NCBI GenBank assembly: GCA_014653355.1
Contig: JACWEO010000001.1
Location: forward strand, 12,912 to 76,911
Source: Pelagibacterales bacterium SAG-MED47
GTDB lineage: Bacteria > Pseudomonadota > Alphaproteobacteria > Pelagibacterales > Pelagibacteraceae
DNA length: 64,000 bases
Reading direction: 5' to 3'
Below, piece by piece: positions 9,507 to 17,848 of this stretch; the first letter of the stretch is position 1, and each line of letters opens with the position of its first letter. Below the pieces are notes generated by a model. The model made no database searches. It saw only the letters and a list, made by a program, of their open reading frames with translations, and was not told the DNA's origin. Position numbers and translations under genes: made by a program.

Positions 9507-10894
9507 TTTTGTTTTTTATATTTCACTATCATCTTTTTAATATTACTAAAAGATGTTCCACCATATGATTTTTTAGAATTAACAGAATTCTTTAAATCTA
9601 GGACTTTAAAAACATCATTAGTTAATTTTGGTATAATTTCATTGAATTCCTCAAGATTTAATTCATTAAGATTTTTCTTTTTCTTTTCAGCAAAATTTAC
9701 TAATGCTGCCGTTTTTTTATAAGCATTTCTAAATGACATTGAGTGATTTTTAACAAGATAGTCAGCTAAATCTGTTGCAACTATATAACCAGAGCTTGCT
9801 AATTCCAACATTCTTCTTTTGTTTGGACTAACATTTTTAAGAATTTCATTAAATATTTTTAAGCAGTTCAATAATGTATCATATGAATTAAAAACAATTT
9901 CTTTATCGTCTTGAAGATCTTTGAAATATGATAAAGGAAGTCCTTTTAAGATTGTGAGCATAGAAAATAGATTACCATAGGTGCTTCCAGACTTTCCTCT
10001 TAAATATTCTAATAGGTCAGGATTTTTTTTTTGAGGCATAATTGATGAACCTGTAACTACTTTATCTGATAAATTTATTAAATTAAAACCCTCTGAATTC
10101 CAGATAATTAGTTCTTCTGAAATTCTAGACAAATGCATTGAGCAAACTGAAACACTGTACAAGAAGTCTAACACAAAATCTCTATCCGAGACAGTATCTA
10201 TAGAATTATTGGAGGGTCTTTCAAAGCCAAGTTTTTTTGTTGTGTAATTTCTATCTATATTAAAAGAAGTGCCTGCAATGGCAGCAACCCCTAAAGGATT
10301 TTCGTTTAAACTTTGTAAATTATTATTGAACCTTTTTTTATCTCTATGAAACATCTCAACATATGCCATTAAGTAATGTGCGAATGAAACTGCTTGAGCA
10401 TTTTTTAGATGAGTAAAACCAGGCATAATTGTTTCTATATTTTTTTCTGCTAACTTTAATGAACTTCCAATTATAGTATCGAGTATAGAATTTATTTTAT
10501 TAGTAGCTGACTTTATCCAAATTTTAAAATCAGTAATTACCTGATCATTTCTTGATCTTGCTGTATGAGTATATCCTGCTTCTTCACCAATTAATTCAAA
10601 AAGTCTATTTTCGATATTCATATGAATATCTTCATATTTTGTATTAAAATCAAACTTTTTATTATCAATTTCTTTTTTAATTTTATTTAGACCGTAAATA
10701 ATTTTATTTTTAATCTTAAAAGAAATTATCTTTTGTTTAAATAGCATTTCAACATGCGCAATAGATCCTAATATGTCTTCCTTATAAAGTCTTTTATCAA
10801 TATCAATAGAATTTGTAGTTTTTTGGAATAATAATGAACTATTATTCTTAATTCTAGTATTCCATATTGTCTTGTTGTTTTTATTTTTTGTCAT
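9503..10894 (-). CDS. argH: Argininosuccinate lyase
   Basis: EDIHMNIE, TARSRNDQV, MPGFTHL, GSSIMPQKKNPD, ATDLADYLV. Confidence 0.97.
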   Translation of the reverse strand: MTKNKNNKTIWNTRIKNNSSLLFQKTTNSIDIDKRLYKEDILGSIAHVEMLFKQKIISFKIKNKIIYGLNKIKKEIDNKKFDFNTKYEDIHMNIENRLFELIGEEAGYTHTARSRNDQVITDFKIWIKSATNKINSILDTIIGSSLKLAEKNIETIMPGFTHLKNAQAVSFAHYLMAYVEMFHRDKKRFNNNLQSLNENPLGVAAIAGTSFNIDRNYTTKKLGFERPSNNSIDTVSDRDFVLDFLYSVSVCSMHLSRISEELIIWNSEGFNLINLSDKVVTGSSIMPQKKNPDLLEYLRGKSGSTYGNLFSMLTILKGLPLSYFKDLQDDKEIVFNSYDTLLNCLKIFNEILKNVSPNKRRMLELASSGYIVATDLADYLVKNHSMSFRNAYKKTAALVNFAEKKKKNLNELNLEEFNEIIPKLTNDVFKVLDLKNSVNSKKSYGGTSFSNIKKMIVKYKKQK

Positions 10895-10918
10895 GGTAAT
10901 TAATTATATCTTTTTAAC

Positions 10919-11428
10919 ATGAGAATTTTAATAATACTTATTTTTTTAATGTCTAGTTCTTTTGCTAATGAAACAAAAGACATAAAAAATGTTTTTATTA
11001 ATAAAGAACTAAAAAAATATGATGGTTTAACGTTTTTAGACGTTAAAAATGAGGAATTAAATTTAAGTGACTTCAAAGGAAATTTGATTTTATTGAATTT
11101 TTGGGCAACCTGGTGTGCTCCTTGTAAAGAAGAAATGCCATCTTTAGACTCACTTCTTACTCACAAAGAACTAAATAATTTAAAAATATTTCCAATTAAT
11201 GTTGGTCAAGATAGTAAAGAAAAATCTTTAATCTTTTTTAAAGAATTACAAATTAAAAATATTGAGATATATTTTGACTCTCCAGTGACCTTAGCAAAAA
11301 AATTGGGTCTTAGAGGCATCCCGACATCGATTTTGTTTAATAAAGAAGGATTTGAATTTGCAAGAATTATAGGTTCAATAAATTTTGAGGATAAAAAATT
11401 TATAAAATGGTTAAGCAATTATAACTAG
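10919..11428 (+). CDS. tlpA: TlpA-family thioredoxin-like disulfide reductase
   Basis: LNFWATWCAPCKEEMP and RGIPT motifs; N-terminal signal/anchor; divergent from argH. Confidence 0.88.
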   Translation: MRILIILIFLMSSSFANETKDIKNVFINKELKKYDGLTFLDVKNEELNLSDFKGNLILLNFWATWCAPCKEEMPSLDSLLTHKELNNLKIFPINVGQDSKEKSLIFFKELQIKNIEIYFDSPVTLAKKLGLRGIPTSILFNKEGFEFARIIGSINFEDKKFIKWLSNYN

Positions 11429-11628
11429 TCTTTAAAAAAATACGCAAAACTTACAAGAGCAATTATTGCTATGAATTGTAACAAAACTCTTAATTGCATT
11501 AATTTGTTAGAATATTTTTTGCTTGTTTCTCCTCCTTTAAATAAAGTACCTATGCCAAGTATTAAAACTATTCCTACAGCGATTAAGAGAGTTATTGATA
11601 ATACTTTTACTAATATTCCAGAAATCAT
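11425..11628 (-). CDS. HIG1-domain twin-transmembrane small protein
   Basis: Two hydrophobic helices around KYSNKLMQLRVLLQ, the HIG_1_N signature. Confidence 0.8.
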   Translation of the reverse strand: MISGILVKVLSITLLIAVGIVLILGIGTLFKGGETSKKYSNKLMQLRVLLQFIAIIALVSFAYFFKD

Positions 11629-11677
11629 TAAACTATTGTAGGATGTTTTAAAAATAAAAAAACATAAATCACCAAGT

Positions 11678-12328
11678 ATGACATTTTGTCTAGACTCTAC
11701 GATTATAAAACCTGAAAATAATGCTGAGATTAAGAATGCAATTATTCTACTTCATGGTTACGGTGGTGATGGAAAAGATATAAGTATGTTATCTTTAAAT
11801 TGGAAAAGATATCTACCCAACTCAATTTTTATATGCCCTAACGGTCACGAAACATGTCCGATTAATCCCTCTGGGTTTCAATGGTTTGATTTAACAAAAG
11901 ACGATCCTAATTATATTCTTGAGCAATCCATTAAGGCAGAAAAAAAATTAAATCAATTTATTGATGAAGTAAAAAGTAAATTTAATTTATTAAATAATCA
12001 GATCTGTTTATCAGGCTTTAGCCAAGGATGTATGATGTCACTTAATTTGGGTTTGACATCAGATCAGAAGTATAATTCTATTGTTGGATTTTCTGGTAAA
12101 ATTATCAGTCAAGAAAATCTTAAATTGAGAAAAAATGTGACTACAAGTGTTTTGTTAATTCATGGTGAAATGGATCAAGTTGTCCCACCTTACCATATGT
12201 TAGAAGCAAAAGATTTTTTAATTAGAAATAAAGTAGAAGTAGAAACTCATTTAATCAAAAATTGTGATCACAATATTCCCATTGAAGCATCAAGTATAGC
12301 TTTAAATTATATTTTAAAAAAAATTTAA
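11678..12328 (+). CDS. Phospholipase/carboxylesterase (alpha/beta hydrolase)
   Basis: LLHGYG, GFSQG nucleophile elbow, HGEMDQVVP, C-terminal His. Confidence 0.9.
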   Translation: MTFCLDSTIIKPENNAEIKNAIILLHGYGGDGKDISMLSLNWKRYLPNSIFICPNGHETCPINPSGFQWFDLTKDDPNYILEQSIKAEKKLNQFIDEVKSKFNLLNNQICLSGFSQGCMMSLNLGLTSDQKYNSIVGFSGKIISQENLKLRKNVTTSVLLIHGEMDQVVPPYHMLEAKDFLIRNKVEVETHLIKNCDHNIPIEASSIALNYILKKI

Positions 12329-12340
12329 TTATTGCTCTTA

Positions 12341-12369
12341 TTGAAATATATTTTTATTTAAGTTAAACT
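12341..12369 (+). promoter_or_regulatory. Putative sigma70 promoter of the HNH gene (TTGAAA-17-TAAACT)
   Basis: -35 at 12341-12346, -10 at 12364-12369, 5 nt before the ATG at 12375. Confidence 0.45.
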
Positions 12370-12374
12370 TTGTT

Positions 12375-12944
12375 ATGAATAATTTTTTTGAACAAGAAGT
12401 TTCTTTAGAAAAATGTCCTGCATTAGTCTTAAATGCTGATTACAGACCATTAAGCTATTACCCTTTATCATTATGGTCTTGGCAAGACACTGTCAAATCA
12501 GTGTTTTTAGATAGAGTGATAATTGTTAGTAATTATGAAAGAGTTGTCAGGAGTCCTTCATTTAATATGCAATTACCAAGTGTTATAGCTTTAAAAGATT
12601 ACATAGTTCCACAATCAAAACCAAGCTTTACAAGATTTAACGTTTTTTTAAGAGATAAGTTTTCGTGTCAGTATTGTGGAAGTAAAGAAGAACTAACATT
12701 TGATCACTTGTTACCAAGATCTAAAGGTGGTGAAACACACTGGGACAATGTTGTGACTGCTTGTTCGGCTTGTAATGTTAAAAAAGGTGGAAAACTTTTA
12801 AAAGCATCAGGCATGAATATTGCTCAATATCCATATCAACCTTCTACAGAGGATTTGCACCGTAATGGAAAAAACTTTCCTCCAAATTACTTACATAAAA
12901 GTTGGATGGACTATTTGTATTGGGATGTAGAGCTAGAATCTTAA
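12375..12944 (+). CDS. HNH endonuclease (zinc-binding, conserved alphaproteobacterial type)
   Basis: LVLNADYRPLS, RDKFSCQYCG, LTFDHLLPRSKGG, NVVTACSACNVKKG. Confidence 0.9.
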   Translation: MNNFFEQEVSLEKCPALVLNADYRPLSYYPLSLWSWQDTVKSVFLDRVIIVSNYERVVRSPSFNMQLPSVIALKDYIVPQSKPSFTRFNVFLRDKFSCQYCGSKEELTFDHLLPRSKGGETHWDNVVTACSACNVKKGGKLLKASGMNIAQYPYQPSTEDLHRNGKNFPPNYLHKSWMDYLYWDVELES

Positions 12945-12947
12945 AAA

Positions 12948-13478
12948 TTATATCTTTTCTGAAATATTTATAGCTATTTTTGAACCCGTTTTGATAATTT
13001 TGTCCATTATTGAATATAGTCCTTTCTTAGTTGCACCTTTTTTATAGGCTATATCTTTGTGATGTAATTCATCTTCTCTAAATTTAACAATTTTTTTTTT
13101 TAAAACTTTTTCATCATTTCCTAAGTAATCAATTTGATTTTGATAATGTTCGTCAATAACTTCTTCAACAGATGCAGTACATAACATAGCAGCTTTTTTT
13201 CCTAGTAGAGTTGAACCAAAACCTAAGCTTACTCCTAATAGATCCCATAATGGTAAAAGTTTAGTTGGCTTTATATTTCTTTTTTTAATTTCATTTTCAA
13301 AAAACTGACAATGTTCCTTTTCATGAACTTTCATTTCTTCTATTGTTTTTTTTAAACTTTCATCTTTAATAATTGTATTTAAAGCTAATAGTTGACCCTC
13401 GTAGATCTTAACAGCTCCCCTTTCTCCCGCATGGTCAACTCTTATAAATTCTTCAATTCTATTTTTTGAATTTTTCAT
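12948..13478 (-). CDS. coq7: Demethoxyubiquinone hydroxylase (COQ7, di-iron)
   Basis: IRVDHAGE, HEKEH, VEEVIDEHY and DELHH di-iron ligands. Confidence 0.92.
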   Translation of the reverse strand: MKNSKNRIEEFIRVDHAGERGAVKIYEGQLLALNTIIKDESLKKTIEEMKVHEKEHCQFFENEIKKRNIKPTKLLPLWDLLGVSLGFGSTLLGKKAAMLCTASVEEVIDEHYQNQIDYLGNDEKVLKKKIVKFREDELHHKDIAYKKGATKKGLYSIMDKIIKTGSKIAINISEKI

Positions 13479-13947
13479 TTTTTCTAAAGATTTTAATTGA
13501 TAAAATTAACATAATTATACTTATGATTATATTAAGGGTCGTGAGTGAAAATCCAAAAACTCTAAATGTCACATCTTTACAGCTGACAGTTTTTACTTGT
13601 AATTGTTTCAATAATTCTTCTTTTGATAAAATATCTGAATTACTAATGATTTTACAGACAGGAGACTCTTTAAAAAAGCCTTGTTCAATTCCAAAATGAT
13701 AAAATGAGATTATTAAAGAGAAAGTAAATATTATAATTAATAATAAAACTATGAATTGTTCACTTTTTTTTAAAATATAATAAAGAATTACCAAAAGTAT
13801 ACCTAATCCATATGGGATCCTTTCGATCAAACATAGATTACAAGGTTGATATCCAAGAATATACTCAATAAAATATGCTGAAGTTAGAGAAAGTATACTT
13901 ATAATAAAAATTATTTTAAAATAAATTTCTTTTTTTAAATTATACAT
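13459..13947 (-). CDS. dsbB: Disulfide bond formation protein B family
   Basis: YQPCNLCLIER, YHFGIEQG, second Cys pair and four hydrophobic segments. Confidence 0.88.
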   Translation of the reverse strand: MYNLKKEIYFKIIFIISILSLTSAYFIEYILGYQPCNLCLIERIPYGLGILLVILYYILKKSEQFIVLLLIIIFTFSLIISFYHFGIEQGFFKESPVCKIISNSDILSKEELLKQLQVKTVSCKDVTFRVFGFSLTTLNIIISIIMLILSIKIFRKNEKFKK

Positions 13948-13951
13948 TAGA

Positions 13952-14545
13952 TCAAATTATCAGATAAATTATAACTCCAATTAAAACAACTAATATTCCA
14001 GTTACTGTGAACCACTTAGAACCATGTTTGTTCATAAATTGTGAAAATATATCTCCAAATTTATATGACAAATATGAAATTATATAAAAACGCAACCCAC
14101 GAGAAATTAAACTTATTAATATGAAAATTAAAATATTAAAACCAATTAGACCACTAGCAATTGTAAAAACTTTGTAGGGCAGAGGTGTGAAGCCAGCTAA
14201 AAAAAGAATTCCGAGCCATGCATAAAAACCCTCCTTTTGAATTAAATTATTTTTGAGAATAATTAATTTATCTTCATAATTGTATAAACTCATTATTTGC
14301 ATTCCTACATCAAAAAAAAATGCTCCAATCAAATATCCCAAAATTCCACCTAAAACTGAAAATAATGTTGTAATAATGAAAATTTTGATGAAATCACTTT
14401 TTTTTGCAATGACCATTGGAATTATCATTATATCTGGTGGAATTGGAAAAAAAGAACTTTCTATAAAAGAAACTAAAGCTAAGTAATATTTAGAACTTTT
14501 ATGAGAAGCTAAATTTAAACATTTTTTGTAAAGAGCATTTAACAT
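13952..14545 (-). CDS. DedA/YqaA family membrane protein
   Basis: SFIESSFFPIPPD, SVLGGILGYLIG, FTPLPYKVFTIASG. Confidence 0.9.
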   Translation of the reverse strand: MLNALYKKCLNLASHKSSKYYLALVSFIESSFFPIPPDIMIIPMVIAKKSDFIKIFIITTLFSVLGGILGYLIGAFFFDVGMQIMSLYNYEDKLIILKNNLIQKEGFYAWLGILFLAGFTPLPYKVFTIASGLIGFNILIFILISLISRGLRFYIISYLSYKFGDIFSQFMNKHGSKWFTVTGILVVLIGVIIYLII

Positions 14546-14604
14546 TTTTTGGTTTTAATATAATTTTAGTTCTTATACTATTTATTATATTATTAAACAA
14601 TTAA

Positions 14605-14689
14605 GGGCGAATGGCGGAACTGGTAGACGCGCACGACTCAAAATCGTGTTTCGCAAGAAGTGAGAGTTCGATTCTCTCTTCGCCCACCA
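14605..14689 (+). tRNA. tRNA-Leu (CAA), CCA encoded
   Basis: Acceptor GGGCGAA/TTCGCCC, anticodon arm CACGA-CTCAAAA-TCGTG, long variable arm, T arm GAGAG-TTCGATT-CTCTC, ends ACCA. Confidence 0.97.
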
Positions 14690-14693
14690 AATT

Positions 14694-16388
14694 ATGAAAC
14701 TAAATGAGATTAACAGTTTAGTAGAACTTTTTTTTATAAAGTATTATGAAAAAAAATCTAAAAAAAGTCAGCCATTTTTAAAATGGTTAAAAACTGAGAA
14801 AAATAATTTTTTAACCTGGGAACAAGTTAAAAATAATATCTCAGTTTTGTCAGAGTATTTGAAAAAAAATTTATCAAAAGGTGATAGATGTATTTTGTTG
14901 TCAGAAAATCGTCCAGAGTGGCTTATATCAGACATAGCAATTATGAATGCTGGAGGAATTACTGTTCCATTGTTTACAACTTATTCTGATAAGGATTACG
15001 AATATATATTAAATGATTGTAAACCCAGTTTGTGTATTGTTTCAAACTATATTCAGTTTAAAAAAATAGAAAAATTTATTTCAAATGAGACAATAGTTTT
15101 ATCAATTGAAAATTTCAGTCAAAAAATTGAAAGTATTGAAAACATTCTAATAAATTCTTCTAAACAAGAAATAAACTTTGAGCATTATAATAAAAAAATT
15201 ACAAGAAGGGATTTAGCTTGCATTATTTATACTTCTGGTACAACTGGCAATCCAAAGGGTGTGATGTTAAGTCATGGAGGAATTTTATCAAATTGTGAGG
15301 GAGCACAAGAAATTTTAGAAACTTTAGTTGAAAAAGATTTACCAGTTTTTTTAACTTGGCTTCCATTGTCTCATTCATATGAACATACAGTTCAATATGT
15401 TCAAATCTTACTTGGGGCAAAAGTTTTTTATGCTGAAAGCTTAGAAAAATTATTGCCCAACATGTTAGTTGCTAATCCCACTATTATGACTGCAGTACCA
15501 AGATTTTATCAGAATTTATATAATAAAATTTCTCTAAATTTTTCAAAACAAAAAGGATTAAAGAAAAAATTGATTGAGAGTACCATTAAACTTGGAAAGA
15601 AAACTTTAAATAAGGAGAAACTAAGTTTTAAAGAGAAGATTATTAATATTTTTTGCGAAATTTTGGTAAGAAAAAAAATCAAAATTCAATTTGGAGGTAA
15701 GTTAAAAGCCTTTGTTTCAGGTGGAGGTGCTTTAGATCAAAAAATTGGGGAATTTTTAAATTCTATAGGTTTACCTACCCTACAAGGATATGGTTTAACA
15801 GAGGCTTCACCAGTTGTAAGCTGTAATATTCCTGAAAATATAAAGATAGAGACTGTTGGACCACCTTTTAAAACAAATAAAATAAAAATCGCTGGAGATG
15901 GAGAAATCTTAGTTAAAGGTGAAAATGTGATGCTTGGTTATTGGAACAAAAAAAAAGAGACAGATAATATTTTAAAAAATGGTTGGTTACATACTGGAGA
16001 TATAGGAGAGATTACGGAAGAAGGAAATTTAAGAATAACTGATAGAAAGAAAGAAATTATCGTTAATCTTGGTGGTGATAATATTTCACCTTCAAAAATT
16101 GAAAATTTGATTTGTCTTAATCAAAAGATCAAACAAAGTTTTGTTTATGGAGATAAAAAAACATATTTAGTTGCTTTGATTGTGGGTGAAAGAGGTGACA
16201 ATGAAAAAAAAATTAAATTTTTTCTTGAAAATTTAAATAAAAGTTTATCTTCAGTTGAAAAAGTTAAGAAATTTAAATTAATTACAGAAGAATTTACAAT
16301 TGAAAATGGAATGTTAACACCAACTTTAAAACTTAAAAGAAAAAAAATCTTAAATAAATATAAAGAAGATTTAGAAAAACTTTATTAA
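14694..16388 (+). CDS. fadD: Long-chain fatty acid-CoA ligase (AMP-binding)
   Basis: IIYTSGTTGNPKG, LPLSHSYE, QGYGLTE, GWLHTGDIG, LTPTLKLKR. Confidence 0.9.
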   Translation: MKLNEINSLVELFFIKYYEKKSKKSQPFLKWLKTEKNNFLTWEQVKNNISVLSEYLKKNLSKGDRCILLSENRPEWLISDIAIMNAGGITVPLFTTYSDKDYEYILNDCKPSLCIVSNYIQFKKIEKFISNETIVLSIENFSQKIESIENILINSSKQEINFEHYNKKITRRDLACIIYTSGTTGNPKGVMLSHGGILSNCEGAQEILETLVEKDLPVFLTWLPLSHSYEHTVQYVQILLGAKVFYAESLEKLLPNMLVANPTIMTAVPRFYQNLYNKISLNFSKQKGLKKKLIESTIKLGKKTLNKEKLSFKEKIINIFCEILVRKKIKIQFGGKLKAFVSGGGALDQKIGEFLNSIGLPTLQGYGLTEASPVVSCNIPENIKIETVGPPFKTNKIKIAGDGEILVKGENVMLGYWNKKKETDNILKNGWLHTGDIGEITEEGNLRITDRKKEIIVNLGGDNISPSKIENLICLNQKIKQSFVYGDKKTYLVALIVGERGDNEKKIKFFLENLNKSLSSVEKVKKFKLITEEFTIENGMLTPTLKLKRKKILNKYKEDLEKLY

Positions 16389-16504
16389 TAAAGTATAATA
16401 TTTGATTATAAAGCGCATAAACATTAACTTTTTTACACTTTAAAATTTTAAAAATTTTTTTATTTTCAATTTTTTTTTTTAAGATTTTAATTTTAATTAA
16501 AGAA

Positions 16505-16533
16505 TTGACATAACGTACATAAAAAAATAAAAA
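16505..16533 (+). promoter_or_regulatory. Putative strong sigma70 promoter (TTGACA-17-TAAAAA) with upstream A/T tracts
   Basis: Perfect -35 at 16505-16510, 17-bp spacer, -10-like at 16528-16533; ~110 bp of A/T tracts upstream (UP-element-like). Confidence 0.6.
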
Positions 16534-16542
16534 TAAGTTAAT

Positions 16543-16563
16543 AACGAATCATTTTGATTCGTT
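16543..16563 (+). repeat. 8-bp perfect inverted repeat AACGAATC-ATTTT-GATTCGTT in the leader of the basic-peptide gene
   Basis: Read directly from the sequence; sits between the predicted start site and the SD. Confidence 0.85.
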
Positions 16564-16584
16564 TAACTAAAAAGGGAGCTAAAG

Positions 16585-16662
16585 ATGCCTAAAAGAAGAA
16601 AAAAAGCAAAGAAGGCTAAGAAAAAAGCTAAGAAAAAAGCTAAGAAAAGAAGAAGAAGATAA
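16585..16662 (+). CDS. 25-aa Lys/Arg/Ala peptide MPKRRKKAKKAKKKAKKKAKKRRRR (absent from the ORF track)
   Basis: SD AAGGGAG ~6 nt upstream, double stop TAATAA, own promoter and terminator, 12-bp tandem repeat GCTAAGAAAAAA. Confidence 0.8.
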   Translation: MPKRRKKAKKAKKKAKKKAKKRRRR

Positions 16663-16682
16663 TAACTTAGTATTCTTTAATT

Positions 16683-16727
16683 AAAACGCTTCTCATAACG
16701 ATATTCGTGTGAGAGGCGTTTTTTTTT
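16683..16727. terminator. Bidirectional intrinsic terminator
   Basis: Stem AAAACGCTTCTCAT / GTGAGAGGCGTTTT (with G-U pairs), 9-T tract on the + strand, TTTT on the - strand; lies directly between the peptide gene and the carD stop. Confidence 0.85.
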
Positions 16728-17565
16728 ATTCTTCTAGAACTTCTTCACTGTCTGAAATAGGTTCTTCATTACTTAAATTAGGTGAAGGATTTTTTGTTAT
16801 TTGTTGTTGAGTGGCAGGTTGTGGACTTAAATTTCTTTTGAGAGCTTTATCTAATTTTTTTTGGGTATCTTCTAATGAAATATTTAATATAATTTGAAAT
16901 TCAGCCAATATTCTTTCATAAGCCTTTTCGAACAATTGTCTTTCACTGTAAGATTGATCAACCATTAAATCGTCACCTTTATTTAAATCTCTTACTACCT
17001 CTGCGAGTTCATAAATTTTACCAGAGGAAATTTTTGCCTCATATTCTTGAGCACGCCTACTCCACATAGATCTTCTTATTTTAGGTTTACTTTTTAGTAT
17101 TGAGATACATTTATTAACTTGATTTATAGTTGCTAAAGCCCGAAGATGTGATTGTTTGTTGACTGGGACCATACCATTAGCTTTATCTTTCTCAAATTTA
17201 ATTACATAGGTTTCAACATCAATTCCACCAATATTAATTTTTTTAAATTCTGTAATCTGACCAACGCCGTGTTTAGGATAAACTACATAATCTTTAATTT
17301 TATATTGTCTTTTTTCTGTGTCTTGTTTTTTGACTTTTTTAATTTCTGGCTTTAATTCATTGCTTTTGGGAATTCTAAGATTATCTGTTTTTGTATCTAA
17401 TTTACTAGTGCTTTTTTTGATTATTTTTTTTGTTAATGATTTCTTGATTTTTGTTACAACTACTTTCTTTGGTTTCTTACTTAGAATTTTTTTTTTTTTA
17501 CTTACTTTTTTTTTTTGTTTTTTAAAGGTTTTCTTTAAAATATTTTTCAAACTTATTTTGCTCAT
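16726..17565 (-). CDS. carD: CarD-family RNA polymerase-binding transcription factor with a Lys-rich N-terminal extension (start uncertain: 17565, 17580 or 17607)
   Basis: [36 protein letters not shown] and [12 protein letters not shown]. There is no in-frame ATG between the fdxA stop and the CarD domain. Confidence 0.9.
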   Translation of the reverse strand: MSKISLKNILKKTFKKQKKKVSKKKKILSKKPKKVVVTKIKKSLTKKIIKKSTSKLDTKTDNLRIPKSNELKPEIKKVKKQDTEKRQYKIKDYVVYPKHGVGQITEFKKINIGGIDVETYVIKFEKDKANGMVPVNKQSHLRALATINQVNKCISILKSKPKIRRSMWSRRAQEYEAKISSGKIYELAEVVRDLNKGDDLMVDQSYSERQLFEKAYERILAEFQIILNISLEDTQKKLDKALKRNLSPQPATQQQITKNPSPNLSNEEPISDSEEVLEE

Positions 17566-17848
17566 CTTTATATTTTTCATGATCCGATGGTGGATCTTTT
17601 TTTTCACTAATATTTGGCCAGATTTCAGAATACTGTTTATTGATTTCTAACCATTTTTCGCTTCCTGACTCAGTATCAGCTTTAATAGCATCAACTGGAC
17701 ACTCTGGCTCACAAACGCCACAATCTATACACTCATCCGGTTTAATTACAAGCATATTTTTACCCTCATAAAAACAATCTACTGGACACACGTCAACACA
17801 ATCCATTAATTTACATTTTATACATTTGTCATTAACTATGTAGGTCAC
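17522..17848 (-). CDS. fdxA: FdxA-family dicluster ferredoxin
   Basis: [21 protein letters not shown] and [12 protein letters not shown]; upstream of carD as in other alphaproteobacteria. Confidence 0.95.
   Translation of the reverse strand: MTYIVNDKCIKCKLMDCVDVCPVDCFYEGKNMLVIKPDECIDCGVCEPECPVDAIKADTESGSEKWLEINKQYSEIWPNISEKKDPPSDHEKYKDEQNKFEKYFKENL

Noticed and set aside
12375-12944. HNH gene as a mobile element, intron or toxin
   Set aside because: No flanking repeats, no interrupted host gene and no immunity partner.
17318-17650. 110-aa Phe/Leu-rich ORF on the + strand
   Set aside because: Antisense shadow of the poly-Lys codons of carD/fdxA; no RBS or promoter evidence.
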